From Vicugna vicugna (taxonomy: Eukaryota), in contig MU058387.1 of NCBI GenBank assembly GCA_013265495.1, positions 1,302,001 to 1,366,000 of the forward strand: a stretch of DNA of 64,000 nt, read 5' to 3'. A program made the position numbers and the translations under genes. This document shows, piece after piece, positions 1 through 12,600 of the stretch (position 1 is its first letter; each line of letters opens with the position of its first letter). A model generated the notes under the pieces. The model did not search any database and was not told the DNA's origin. It saw nothing but the letters and a program-made list of their open reading frames with translations.

Positions 1-1125
1 TGATACTTAAAGTCAGAGCTGAAGGACAGGAAAGAAGATCTGGGGGGAAAGAATTCCAGACAAAGAATCAATAAGTGCAAGAACTGAGAATGAAATAGAA
101 AAAAGAGAAGACTTCAATAGGCCTGGAACCCCTGAACAAGAGGGGATTAGAGAGGCCATCAGAGGGCAGATCTTGAACTGCCCCATAAATTAGCATTCAG
201 CATGGATTTTCAGCTTAGCTGTCGGATAATGGCATGAGCTGACTGACATTTCCAAAAGATCATTCTGGCCACTGGATGGGAAAATCCTTAGGAGAATTTC
301 TTAATTAGACCTGCAGAAACAGAATACCATAAACTAAGTGGCTTAAACAACAACAAAAAATATATTTTTCACAGTTCTGGAAACTATAAAGTCTGAGATC
401 AGGCTGCCACTAGCCTGACCAGGTTACGGTAAGGGCTCAAGGGCTCTCTTCCTGGTTTGTAGATGATCATCTTCTTGCTGCCCCCTCACATGGGGGGCAT
501 AAAGGGAGAGGATGTAACCTCTCCAGTGTCTTATACGGGTAATAATCCCCTTCATGAGAGCTTCATCCTCATGACTTAATTACCTTCCAAAGGGGCTACC
601 TCCTAACATAACATTGGGGGTTGGAATTTCAACATATGAATTTGGTTGGTTGGTTGGAGTGGAAAGGGAGGTGGACACAAAATTGTTCAGTCTATACAGA
701 AAGGGAGGTTGGAAGACCAGTTAGTAACTATGAGGATAAAAGTCAGTGTTGATTAGGGTCTTAATGGAGTGAATACACTTGATTTAAGAAATATTTGGAA
801 TGAAGAGTTGACACAACTTGCTGTGATGGTTTGGTTTGGTTTGTTGTGAGGGAGGAATCAAAGATAAATTCCCAGTTTTCAGGCTTGAAAAATGGAATGA
901 GATGGTGCCATTTACTTACGTGGGGAAGAGCAAAAGAGAGACAGGACATTTGGAGGGTGTATCAAGAGTTCTCTTCTAAACTGATTAATTGAGATGTTAT
1001 TAGACATCCAGTTTCCGATGGACAAGTCAGTAGCTAAGGAGTTTTGAACTGAAGATAGAGGTTTGGGAGTAATACCTTATTAAGAAGACTTAAAACCAAG
1101 AGACTGAATAATAATCACTGGCAAT
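1..1125 (-). mobile_element. LINE-2 fragment, interrupted by an MLT1 LTR
   Basis: L2-antisense phrases such as 'aaagatcattctggccactg', 'gatggtgccatttact', 'tcaagagttc...gagatgttattagacatcca' on both sides of the MLT1. Confidence 0.75.
297..698 (-). mobile_element. MaLR solo LTR (MLT1A-C-like)
   Basis: 'aataccataaactaagtggcttaaacaac...ttcacagttctgga', 'cctcatgacttaattacctt', and a terminus 'ggacacaa...ttcagtctataca', matching the MLT1 reverse complement. Confidence 0.85.
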
Positions 1126-1829
1126 AGATTATTCCACAAAGAGTAGGGTGATGTGAGTGGTTTAATGGGAACTTATCCAGGTCTGGATGTTTCCAGAAGA
1201 GGTCAGTTTAGCCACCTTGAGGGATGTGCCTTAGACAACACTATTCATGATCAGAAACTTGGCATGTCTACTCATTGAGAATTGATTCCTTTCTCAGGGA
1301 AATGCACACCAATAAGTGTACATAGATTGAAATATGAAGCCAAGATCATAAATTGTTATTAATGTATGTTGGCCATATGGACCAGGTATTTTTAAACCAA
1401 ATGTAGCCTGTTATTTTCATAGTAGGAATTTCTACAGATGAGATCAAATTTCGCTCAGGACCCTTCTTATGCTAATCCTTTAATGCTTGTGTTCTGATGC
1501 CAATCCCATTATAATTAGAATTTCTTACAGTGAAAAGCATGTGTTATTTGCAGTAATATTTGCAGTAGCTTGAGGTAGGCCTCCTCTTTCCAGGAATGGT
1601 TTACCAATAGCACCATGTACTTTGGTGAAGGTTTTCTTCTTTGGAGAACCGTTCAGTTGTACTTAAATGGATATTTCTAATATTTGCCTCTGTGGATTAT
1701 GCTTTAAGTCTTCCTTTCCTGACCAGTCCCTTTTTTTCTGGTTGACATGTTGTTTTTCTGAATGTATTAATGTACTCAGTGAGATCTCCTCAATAGTCTC
1801 AATAATCCTTTTATTTTAAGTGAATTTGC

Positions 1830-2072
1830 GGATGTGAGGGTGATCTGGCTGCGACATTTGTCACCCATTGATCGCCAGGGTTGATTCAGCTGATCTGGCC
1901 GGCTAGGCGGGTGTCCCCTTCCTCCCTCACCGCTCCATGTGCATCCCTCCCGAAGCTGCATGCTCGGTTGAAGAGGACGACCATCCCCGATAGGGGAGGA
2001 CCATTCTTTTCAGTCAAGGGTATACACGAGTAGCTGTGATCCCCCGCTAGACCCTCCAAACAAGTTCTCAAG
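1830..2072 (+). pseudogene. RN7SK: 7SK snRNA retropseudogene, 3'-truncated (about nt 1-240 of about 330), no poly(A) tail
   Basis: Starts at the 7SK 5' end (GGATGTGAGGG.GATCTGGCTGCGACAT) and stays colinear to 'CCTCCAAACAAGTTCTCAAG'. Has roughly 20 differences from the human sequence as remembered, many at CpGs. Lacks the 3' hairpin and U-tract. Imperfect TSD: aagtgaatttgc / aagtatttgc. Confidence 0.97.
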
Positions 2073-2635
2073 TATTTGCATACATCTAAATTGTGTATTG
2101 ACTTAATAGCTGAGCTCCTTGGATGCAATGCTGTATTTCCTTGTTGCAAGTTCTTGGGGGTAAATCTATAGGTGCCTTACAAGATTACCCATCACTGAAG
2201 AAATTGTAGTAATGCTTACTTGGCTTTATTTATTGAAATAATCACAGAGACTAAAAGTTTCCTTCACAATACTAATGGAAGAAAAATAAAATATGTTCAT
2301 GATAAACTTGAATTATCCGTATATTCAATTAACCATATTTCCCTCAACCTCAATATGTCAGCAGCACATGGTACTTTAATGTTAGTTTATTTCTTTAATT
2401 TCTGAGTTCAGATGACATTATTTAAAAGTTCATTTCTTCTAATCTGAGAACCGAGAAGAAAATATTTAAAAGTAATTGCAATTCATCTAACACGTTACAG
2501 ATTACATCTGAAACTCCAAGCAGTTCTGCTGTGTGTGAAATTTACTGGTTAGTAAATATTAAGCCAGAACTTAGAAACTCCTGTCTCCAAGCATTCAATC
2601 TTATAATATTGATAGCCATGATTTCTTGGGTCTTT

Positions 2636-2853
2636 TCTATGAGGCAAGTACTTTCCTAGATGCTTTATGAGGACTATCTCATTTAATCAGCACACAAATT
2701 TATAAGTAGGTCATTGTATTCTCTTCCTTATACAGTAGTAATAAATGAAGAACTTAAAAATAAAATACTCTAAGTCCTCAGAACTATGAAGAGATGGTAC
2801 AAGATTTGCACCAAGGGAGTCTGAGTTCAGAGTTCAAAGCCCCTAAACCATAG
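2636..2853 (-). mobile_element. MIR SINE
   Basis: 'tgcttta...atctcatttaatc', 'agtctgagttcagagttcaaagcccctaaacca' match the MIR reverse complement. Confidence 0.7.
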
Positions 2854-4473
2854 CGATCAATTAGGGAAACTTTAATGCTCCTAGTGTTTTTCATTTTCAT
2901 GACACCTCAGAAACGTGGTCATTTCTCTGATTTTTTTTCTTTAATTTTCTAAATAATTGTCCATTTTCATTTGTAATACTGACATTGTATATATTATCAT
3001 GTGAAAGAACAGTGATATCGCTCTAAATAAAATGACTTAGCGCTAGCTGGTCAAGTTTGCAAATAGGGTCCTGTGATCAGTCCAGGGATCATTACCAGAT
3101 TTATATAATAAAACCCAGTATATATAGTAAAGCTTACAACCTGAAATACATACTCTTTAGATATGCTGCTCTACAGATCAAACCATGATATGCTAATAAA
3201 ACCAACAGAAAACTCATTCTGGAGATTTCTTTCTAATGTCTTTTGATTCCAGAAGTATTTAATTTAAACCTACCTTATTTTTTTTTCCTTCTTTTTAGAA
3301 AAAGAGCACCAAGCATGACTCTTTCAATGAGCCTATAGCATTATCTTCTTATGCAAAAACCCCAGCAAAGTATATAAATGGGTTCCAATTTATTTTTCCC
3401 AATAATTGTTGTAATAAATAACATCTACCTTTTTGTTATATATACTCATCTTCATTTTTGATTATATCATAAATAATCATCAGCACTTCATTTACAAAGG
3501 AATACACTTCATTAATTCTTATTTAGTCTTTATTCAACCAGACTATGCCCTCAGGGCAACATCTCAGAAGTCTGGATAATGTATCATCTCAGGTGCCTTC
3601 TCTGAGACCTGTAGAAATCCTGGAGCCCCCAGCCGTAGAGGTGAATCGCTCATATTGCTGATACTATGCCCAACTGCCTTGTTTCTAACAAGTTGAAAGC
3701 AGAAAGACCAGACCTTTACAATGATGCTATTCTGGTATCTCTCTCTCTCTCTCTCATCTTTCTCTTTATCCCTCCGCTGTTTATAACCCCCTCTGCCGAG
3801 CAACATGAGGCAAATTTCATCAAGCCAAACTAGAATTTTTCTCTGAGACATCACCATTTGCTTTCACAAAAGCTTTGTTCTCTGATATCCATGGAGTGTT
3901 TTATTGCTTTTGATACTGCTGTCTGCAATCTGTCAAAGTCTTCCATCAAAAATGTTTATCCTACAGTTGTGAAGTCCTGCTATCTTATCTGAAAGTCCTC
4001 CTGACTTTTGTCCTCTTGGTGTGCAGGCAGAGAAATTGATTAAAGGTCCTTAAGGCAAGTACAGTAGTCAAATCCTTTCTGTAGCAGGGACAATACAGTA
4101 TATATATTAGATCCTTTTTCTAAACACCACCTACCAATTACAGAGTGGGCTCCGCCATTTTTGTATGAATGATTCCACACTTACCAGACCGCTGATGGTT
4201 GGACCAGTCATCAACACAACATGGTGTTACCTGTTCAGAAATTAGACAAGGGAAGAGCAACTTCAGGTAACTGATCCATATGTACATAGGGGTTCAAAGA
4301 GAACTAAATTGATAATAAAGTTCTGGTTTCCATCATCAGTCCGTACATTAAGTTACATAGTGTTTTATCTCTTTACACACCAATGTTCTTGTACATAAAA
4401 TGAGACTGAACTAGATTTTACCAAAGATCCCTTGCTTTAGTTTCTATGAGTCTATTTTTGGTTATGTTTATTG

Positions 4474-4709
4474 TTTTTTTTTTGTACTGAATTGTAGTCA
4501 GTTTACAATGTGTCAGTTTCTGGCATACAGCATAACGTTTCAGTCATACATACATATATAAATTAACTTTCATTTCATTTCTCATTATAGGTTACTGGAT
4601 ACCGGGATGGGGGAGGGGTTGGGAAAGGATAAATTGGGAGTTTAAGTTTTGCAAAATACTTAATATAAAATAGATAAATAAGTTTCCTCTATATAGCACA
4701 GGGAACTAT
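4474..4709 (-). mobile_element. Short camelid-type L1 3' end with a 5' inversion
   Basis: Poly(T) plus antisense L1 3'UTR (4474-~4596), then a sense-orientation adjacent L1 segment (~4600-4709). TSD tatgtttattg at 4463-4473 and 4707-4717. Confidence 0.9.
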
Positions 4710-4754
4710 GTTTATTGGTTTTAGATTATTTTTTCTAGATAAATCTAGACTGGG

Positions 4755-4930
4755 AACTCCTTCCCTCTGCTCCCATGGTACATTTTATATAGCTCTAACA
4801 CATCTATTGCCACACAGTGTTGTAATTATCTATTTGCTTGTGAAATGACACCATTAACCTATGAGTTCACTGAGACCGAGGACTTTGGAGACTAACACAT
4901 AGAGGAATATTATTTTTGAGTAAATAATTA
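4755..4930 (+). mobile_element. LINE-2 3' end
   Basis: 'tgtaattatctatttgcttgt...tatgagttcactgagaccgaggactttg' resembles the L2 3' terminus. Confidence 0.55.
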
Positions 4931-6771
4931 ATCTCTTAGTGATTATATATGCAAAAAGGTTTGGCTCCTAAACATAATTTACATCAGAATTACAGATAAT
5001 TCTGTTTTGACCAGAATTCTCTCTTGTCTCTGGAATGTCTGCAATGTGCAGCAAGACTACAAGAACTTTACCAAAAGCAGATGTTGTGAAGTTGGATGAA
5101 GCCATCATTCAGACATGTGGAATGTCCAAAACTCGGTCACTTTTTGGCAACTTGAGACCGTATGTCTGCTCTGATATCTCGATTCAGAGACTTAGACTAT
5201 TTTCAGCAGGGATGTGTTGTAAATACTTTATTTAAATCTCAAAATTACAAAGAATATTTAAACTTATATTTGGGGTATTACTCTATTTTTAGCTCTTATC
5301 AGATTGGCAAATAGTGTGTATTAGGTCATATTAAGCTTTATGTAAAATCATGAAAGATATTTTATAAGTTTAATGTGGGTATCATATATTTTTGGACAGT
5401 AAGCTACATTAATTTGGGGGTCATTGTCATTTGTGTTTTCAAGTCATATCTGAAGCCATACTTTTAAATTTCAACTGGGGCCAATGTAGACAAATTAAAA
5501 AACATAATGTGGTTTTCTTAGTTACCGCATTTTTCTTAAACAGTTATTTTCATAAATTAGTGGTAGTCACAACTAAATGAATATAACTGTTTAAGCAAAA
5601 TGCTGTCAAATCAATACTTCACGATTACATTTGGGAAAATATCAGAATTAAAAAAAATATTCCCAGTTTTTATATATATTTCATCAAATAAATATTCTAT
5701 TACAACAGAAGGGCAGACAAGTAATCATTCTAAAATCCTGAAGAAACACAATCAAATTTGTAACTAGAGACATAACAGGCAGCAAATCCACCCACTTGGA
5801 GGTAGCAGGAATGTCCACCAGTCATTGAGACATCTCACAACCAAGGAAATAGATGGGTGAGTAATGAAAGGCTTGGAAAATGACAACAGTGAGGACAAAC
5901 CCATGGGCACACCTCCACGAGAGAAGACTAAGGTCAGGAAATTTTGTGAAGCTGTGGGGAGACTTGGAGACGTGTTGGAAAAAGTAGTAAGGACTTAAAA
6001 TACGTTCTTGAGAAAATGATCAAGATTCATGCAAAAGTTGAAGGGAAAATTGTGCTGATACCTAGGGTCAGGCAATGGAGCCATGCTGCTTTGAAGGTAA
6101 TGAAACAATGTATTAATGTTCACCTTCCTCAGTATTCATAGTATGTACAGTTATTATAGCATCCCTGCAGTACATTGAGAGGAGACACTGTAGCAAGAAG
6201 TGAAGGAAGACATACTTACATTCTAGAGTCACATCGGTTCTGATTACTTGACAAGAACTACTTTGTCTTCAATTAACCATGCACATTAAATATTGTCAAA
6301 AGCAAGAAATAAAATTTGCAATGTTAAGTTTTAGTCTTTCATTTTGTTCAAGAATTATCTTTAACAACATCAACAAAAACGTCCTTCCTTATTTAAAAAA
6401 AAACAACTTGTATTCATCTAATACATCATCTAATCTGTCCCATATGTCATGTCATTCTTCTTTGGCGATAGAAGAAAATATGTTGAAAGTAGTCACCCAT
6501 CTTTCTACTCATGGTGGTTAATTTTGTTACATATAAGCTGCCCTGTGTTGAATTTCTGAAAATTCAGCTGAAAGATATGCATAAAACTTTGTATGATCAT
6601 GATCACTAAGTCACTCATGGTCAATAACAATTACATGACACTTTTTATATTGATTTTCTATTATATAAATACTCCTTCCTTGATTCACTCTCATATTACC
6701 TCTGAGAAGTCCAATAGGCATCTATCTCTCAGAAATTAAGCAAAGCAAGAAGAAAGTTGAATTCATCATTT

Positions 6772-7129
6772 ATTTTAGTCAACTTGGGCTACTATAATAA
6801 ACATGACATATTGGGTGGCTTAAACTACAGAAATTTATTTCTCACAGTTCTGGATCAAGGTGCCTCCTGCTTCAGTTCTTGATGAGAACCATCCTCCTGG
6901 ATTGCAGGTAGCCTTCTCATTTGGTCCTCCAATGGCCGAGACTGGGCCCTCTCTCTCTCATCTTCTAAAGATACTATTTGCATCTAGGGGCCTCCATCCT
7001 CATGACTTTATCTAAACCCATTTAAATCCAAAAGCCTCAGTTCCTCCTAATACCATCCCCTTGGGTGTTAAGGTTTCAACATATAGATTGGGATGGGGTC
7101 AGAGGGGACACAAACATGTAGTCTATAAC
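6772..7129 (-). mobile_element. MaLR solo LTR (MLT1A-C-like)
   Basis: 'gggtggcttaaactacagaaatttatttctcacagttctgga' through 'ggggacacaaacatgtagtctataaca'. Confidence 0.85.
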
Positions 7130-7259
7130 ATTATGAGGCCACAAAACTGTCAAACTAAAAAAAAAAAAATTCTTCTTTCTTACATATACAAATATTTGAT
7201 GTGTGTTATAAAGAGGTGGTATATTTAAAAATCACTGTTTTATGCACAACAGGAAAATA

Positions 7260-7560
7260 TACCAGGAGTGATGTATTTCATTTCCAGGTGAAGAATTTAA
7301 GAAATAAGTGTGTCTCCTCACCCTCAACCATGCTCACACTCTCCTTTCTGTGTCTGGAAGCAAATAATGGCATGTCTCTAGGGGAACAGAGAAGCCAAAA
7401 TATGGAAAAACTGGGCAACTGAACCACCATATGGAGACAAACCATCTGCTAAGATCACCCTCTGTGAATTGGTACGTGAGCAAGAAACAAACTTTAATTG
7501 CAATTGAAGTGTTACCACCCATACTGGGTTATTTTGTAATGCAGTCTTATGCTAACTGCT
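7260..7560 (+). mobile_element. Old MaLR LTR (MLT1J/K-like)
   Basis: 'gagaagccaaaatatggaaaaactggg...accatatggag', 'gtgagcaagaaacaaacttt', 'gggttattttgtaatgcag'. Confidence 0.55.
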
Positions 7561-9499
7561 TCTTTCTCTTTCTCCATTTTCTAACACTTTTTTTCATATT
7601 CTTTATTTTTTTTTTGCTTTGATTACATAAAATACGATTTCTCTTGGATATTGTACATGATATTAGAGTTCTCCTTGTGTAAATTTTAGGCAACAATGTT
7701 GATATAGTGCTAATTAATCCTCTTAAGGTGGAAACAAGTCTCAATTTTTAAGCAGATTTTTTTTCTGAAAAATTCTGAGTCAATGACTAAATAAATATTT
7801 GAAAGTTATATTTAATGTTACAAATGCTAGAACAATAAACACTTGTATGGAGACTAGAATTTTGATACATCAATCCTTGCTGTCATTTAAGATTATTTAA
7901 GTATAGTTAACTCCAAAAGGATATTTTTCTTCCCAAGATTATTTTGCTGGGGGTAACTTCTTGGTATTTACAGTATTTACCAAACTATTTATCTATTTAA
8001 CCACTTTTGCAGTAAATCAATTATCTTCAATTTTTGGAACACTTAATTTTTTCATTGAAAAACACACACTTAGGTTTCAACTGATATCATTTTGGCAAAG
8101 ATGCTCCAAAAAAATATTTACTCCTAGTCATATCAGAATGCTAAAATATACTTGAATGTAACTATTCAAATATTAACTCTAAATCCAAATGTGTGGCTTT
8201 GATTGTATTTGATGTGTGGGGGTTGATAATTATGAGCTTAAAAATGGAACCACAGCATTATTGAACATGTACAAGTTCAGGTATGACAGAAATGACATTG
8301 ATGTGAGTATTTGACAGTTTCTTGGTCTAAAGCCTGAAGCCAACACTGAGCAGCAGATTTCTGCCAAATACTAAAGCTGAAGCTTAATGTGTTAGTATAT
8401 TATTACTGCTCGCACAATATTTTATGACTTCACACCTGACTGCTTTCGCATATACGGCCTCCTCTCCATTTGTTTCATCATTATCTCATCTATCTGATGA
8501 ACCTATCTTTCCAGATCCAGATAAAGCAGCTCCTCTTTTCAAGAAATCCATCTTGACCGTTATTTTCTTGACCTCTCAACCTCTATAATCTTATGTATCA
8601 CAATTTAATTATTTGATTGTGTGTGTGTATGTGTGTGTGTGTATGCTATAGTAGGTTAGTAAATGTTTGTTGAATAATGTTGAAATAGTGTCTTTTTATA
8701 GAGTTTGATTATAAAGAATTAAAAAAAATGTTTGCAGGCTTCTGGTCAAACAGGAAAAAAGAGTCCATCTATTGTCATTCCTCAGTCACTAGTTTGGAAT
8801 AAACTGTCTGACTATGTGCCTACTTACCACAGTGAGGATAACCTCATTGCTTCGAATGAGCAGGGGAATGATGAATTTATTGGAGGTCAGAGGTATTTAT
8901 TGGGTTTCTGGAAAACAGAAAGTATGAGGGAGAATATTCTCAGATAAAAGAGGGCTGAGGAAGCCCTGCAGCGTAGGGAAGATCCCTGTGGAGGAGTTGG
9001 GAGTGTTTCCTTAGCACAAATGTCAAAGTCCCCAGCAGCAGAACTGGCTGCTGCACAGAGTGGGAGCAGATGTTTGAACACAAAGCAGGGACACTCCCCG
9101 AGGAGCTGACAATGGCTCAGTTTGGGGACAGTTCTCCATACTGAGTACCCCTTTACTCCACCCCTGAGAGTCCAGATCACCCATCATTTAAGCCCCAGGG
9201 GCTGGGATAAAGACAGACCACTGTAAAAATAACAAAAATCTTTGATCGTTCTAGCAGTATTTGGGGCTTCTCCAGTTGTTTTGCCTCATTCTAGCATTAG
9301 GAAAAGGCCTTCACTGTTTTCAACCCTCACAGACTACAGTGATGTTTGACAGCCACCACCTCCTGTTCAGTAATAGTTCTGCTTGCAACTGGCTCTCCCA
9401 TTAAAGACAAGAGGCCAACTGGGGAAATGGTCTTGACCATATAGCAGCAGAGGATACTCAATACTAGTTTAATCAGCCAGGGCTGTCATACATATACAC

Positions 9500-10300
9500 A
9501 AAAAGACATCCAAGGAGCAACACTCTTTTAAAGAAAATTCAGAGCACAGAAGAAAAAGACCAAGACTGGCAAAAAGGACAACAGAAAACAGAGGAAAACA
9601 GGGCAAAAAGTAGGCTAAAATTTTAAAATATGTTCTAATCAATATCTTCAGAGGAATATATTACATCAATAAAACAAGAAGTCAACAGATAAGAAAGAGA
9701 AGCAATTAGAGATTTAAAAATATTCTGATCGGCAAAATTACAGGAAAAAAATAGATACGCTAAAAATACAATTGAAGCACTCTCTGGAAAGTTAAAAGAA
9801 ACAATAAGGTAGTTAAAATTCATAGGGGTTCAAAAAAAGAGGAAAAAGAAAATAAAGGAAAGAAAATAATGAAAGAAAATGTTACAAAGCTGAAGTAAGG
9901 CAAACATCTTCAGATCCAAAAGACCCATTGAACAGCAAACAAAATGAATGCAGACAGACCTACACATAGAGTTTTATAAGCTGAGACCATGTAGAGTGAA
10001 ATCTTGAAGAAAAACATTGAAACTGTTCACCTACAAAGGAAATAAAACAATTGACACAATCAGACCTTTGTGTTTTAAACCGGATCCTAGAGAAAACTGG
10101 AAAAAGGGAAAATTACTTTGAAACAAAATAATTTTTTTTTACATTTTTATTGATTCATAATCATTTTACAGTGTTGTGTCAAATTCCAGTGTTCAGAACA
10201 ATTTTTCAGTTATACATGGACATATACACACTCATTGTCACAAAATAATTTTGAATCAAGGGAAATAATCTACTTTGAAAATAAAAAAAAGAGTTTAAGT
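9500..10300 (+). mobile_element. Old L1/HAL1 ORF1-region remnant
   Basis: Very A-rich, with L1 ORF1-like phrases 'atgaaagaaaatgttacaaagctgaag', 'tcttcagatccaaaagacccattga', 'agacctacacataga'. Confidence 0.6.
10136..10239 (-). mobile_element. About 100-bp young L1 3' tip
   Basis: Reverse complement closely matches the 3' end of the L1 at 18331-18682. Perfect 13-bp TSD acaaaataatttt at 10123-10135 and 10240-10252. Confidence 0.9.
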
Positions 10301-11343
10301 AGGGATAGACCAAAAAATTTATTTGAATAACATGTTTGTCCTTTAAGTCATGTTCTTCTAATGTGTATTTTTCTTCCTATACTTAAAAAGTGTCATTTGT
10401 ATGGAACCATTTCTACATCTGTTTGTGTCAACTATTTTCTCAACACAATTTTTGTCCCTTCTACTAGGTATTTGGGGCATAGAATGATTTCAGAGGTCAA
10501 TAAATAATTTGCTGGGATAAGTAAACACTTAATTCTGCTGATTTCCAAGTGCGAGCAAACAGTAAAATCAACAAATCAAAAAGAAATATTTTATCGAGCT
10601 GCCACCAAGGACCAGGCATTTTACTGATGTTTCCCTTACTTTGTATGACAATCCTGTCGAAGATATGAGACTTTTGCCATTGACAGATGACAAGACCAAG
10701 ATTCCGGGACTCTCAGAGATTTCACAAGGCTCTGTTGGGCATGTCTTATTTTTCCCTACTGCCCATGATGCACGTTTTGAATTTAGGGTTCCCAACTGGG
10801 ATTTGAAATTTGGAGGATTGATTAATGAAAAATTCAGTCTCGTTGTGGGAACATTTTTCTTTTTTTCACAATCTGGACTGAATTAAACTAAAGGCGACAC
10901 AACTTGCAGCATGTGTTTTCTTCAGATCATATGTGAAACCTGGAAAAGAAATCCCAGCCATCCCACATGCGTTGGAGGAATAAATGCTCGTGCCACCCAG
11001 CCCCATTCTGCATGTGTCACAATACGTTTTTAATAGATGCGGCATCTTGAGAGATTTCAGCTGAAGTTGCTGATAGAGAATTTGCATGGGTTAGATGCCA
11101 AGTTCCACTTTGTTGTCATACTTTACGGTTTGCATTTGAGGTTGTCTAAACTATTAAAACAAGGCTATCATGCCGATTGGAGTATATTCAAGAAATCTAC
11201 TCAGAGAGCATCCACATTAAAAATCAGAAGCCAGCTGAAAAAATAAGATGGTTTTTCACTGCTATATTTGCATTGATGAAAGTGAATCTATGTCAAAATA
11301 ACTGAAGAGTTTGAACCCTACCTAGCACTCATACTTCTCGAGA

Positions 11344-11511
11344 CAGAATGAGCTACATAATTTGTAAAGCCCAGTGCAGAATAACAATGTAGGCTCCCTG
11401 TTTTGAAAATTATTCAGAATTTTAAGACAGTGACAATAGACCATTAACCAAATGTAGAAGCTTTCTAAGCAGGATGCTCCCGGTGGCTCATACGCCCATG
11501 AGATCAACCTG
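11344..11511 (-). mobile_element. MER45A-like hAT (Tip100) non-autonomous DNA transposon
   Basis: 'gctacataatttgtaaagcccagtgcag', 'aattttaagacagtgacaatagaccattaacca', 'acgcccatgag...cctg' follow the MER45A reverse complement end to end. Confidence 0.8.
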
Positions 11512-12459
11512 CCAGGTGGGAAGCCCCGGTGATGCCTGTGAAGGTGAACGGGATCAATGAAACAGGGCAGGCGGTCTACCAGGAAGTGAATTCCTGCTCT
11601 GGACCCTAAGCATCCCTGCCTTAATGCTATGCTTTACCCAGTCTTTCAACACTTACATTTCTGAGTGATCAGTCATTCAATCTACTTTAAACAATTCTTA
11701 ATACAGTCAGCTTCCTTCCTGTATTAAGAATCGTCAATAATGTTTCCAGAATGTTCTCAGTTGGGATACCTGGTCCTACTTCATTCTTATTTGGCTTCTT
11801 CAAACTCCTTCTCTTGTGTAGCCTGGAAGTCACCATTTCATTTTGTTGTCAGCGACTCTATGAATGTACTGCTCTTCCTATTGCTTAGCTATAAAAAGGG
11901 CGCCAAATTATATACATGCATTGCTCCACAAACTTGGATCCACGTATTATTATTACTTCTTTTAAAGATATAAAAACTGCCAATTCCAGAGAGACCTACA
12001 TCCTCCCAGTGGTAGAGCTGGATCTCAGCTTTTCCTGATATTCTTTGCTCCCTTAGTCCATTATTGCTTCACGTGTACAGACGTGGATACAGAGGCACTG
12101 TAAGCTGACTCGCTTAGCAAAATCACACAGTGACTTTATGCAAGTGCCACCTGTGAGTCCTCCTTCCCCAACCTTGCTTGTCCATTCTAACTTCTCTTAG
12201 TGTAGGGCATGAATACTGGACTAAGATTTAGATGTAGAATTGTGTACCAAAAGGGCTGCTCCTAAAATTCTTTCTTTTTCTGCAATCCTGGTAAAAGATT
12301 TTTTCCAACCTCAAACCATTTTTCTTTGAAAGCACCTAAATGCGATATATTGCAACAATGCCGTGATTCTTTTGATAGGATTGACATGGAAGACAGGCCA
12401 GGTCCATGAAATGTTCTGGTGAATAAATCTGTTTCATTAATCTGATGATTTGAAATAAT

Positions 12460-12600
12460 AATTACAGCCATTAATTCTTAGATAGCACTTCTGCATTCCA
12501 GGCACTATTCAAAATGCTTTACGTATGCATCAGAGGAATATATCTGCTATTTCCCCCTGTTTACAGGGGAATAAACTGAGGCACAGGGAAATTAATTGAT
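12460..12600 (-). mobile_element. MIR SINE fragment
   Basis: 'ccaggcactattc...tgctttac', 'tttacag...aaactgaggcacag' MIR core. Confidence 0.75.

Noticed and set aside
1830..2072. Functional 7SK gene
   Set aside because: 3' third missing, multiple substitutions and indels, no recognisable PSE/TATA upstream and no terminator.
1776..2149. Minus-strand ORFs of 61 and 87 aa
   Set aside because: Antisense readings of the 7SK pseudogene.
3280..3375. Strong + strand acceptor-like T-tract/AG (another at ~31125-31143)
   Set aside because: No good downstream donor or recognisable peptide; T-runs ending in AG are common in AT-rich DNA.
5035..5235. 66-aa ORF in unique sequence
   Set aside because: No recognisable homology and no convincing splice or start context.
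10628..10705. Peptide SLTLYDNPVEDMRLLPLTDDKTK resembles part of the bornavirus matrix protein as I remember it (SLSVYKDPIRKYMFLRLNKDQSK), suggesting an endogenous viral element
   Set aside because: Only about 8 of 23 identities in one short block, within chance for a six-frame 64-kb search. No flanking M, G or L similarity, poly(A) or TSD seen. A tBLASTn/HMM search would settle it.
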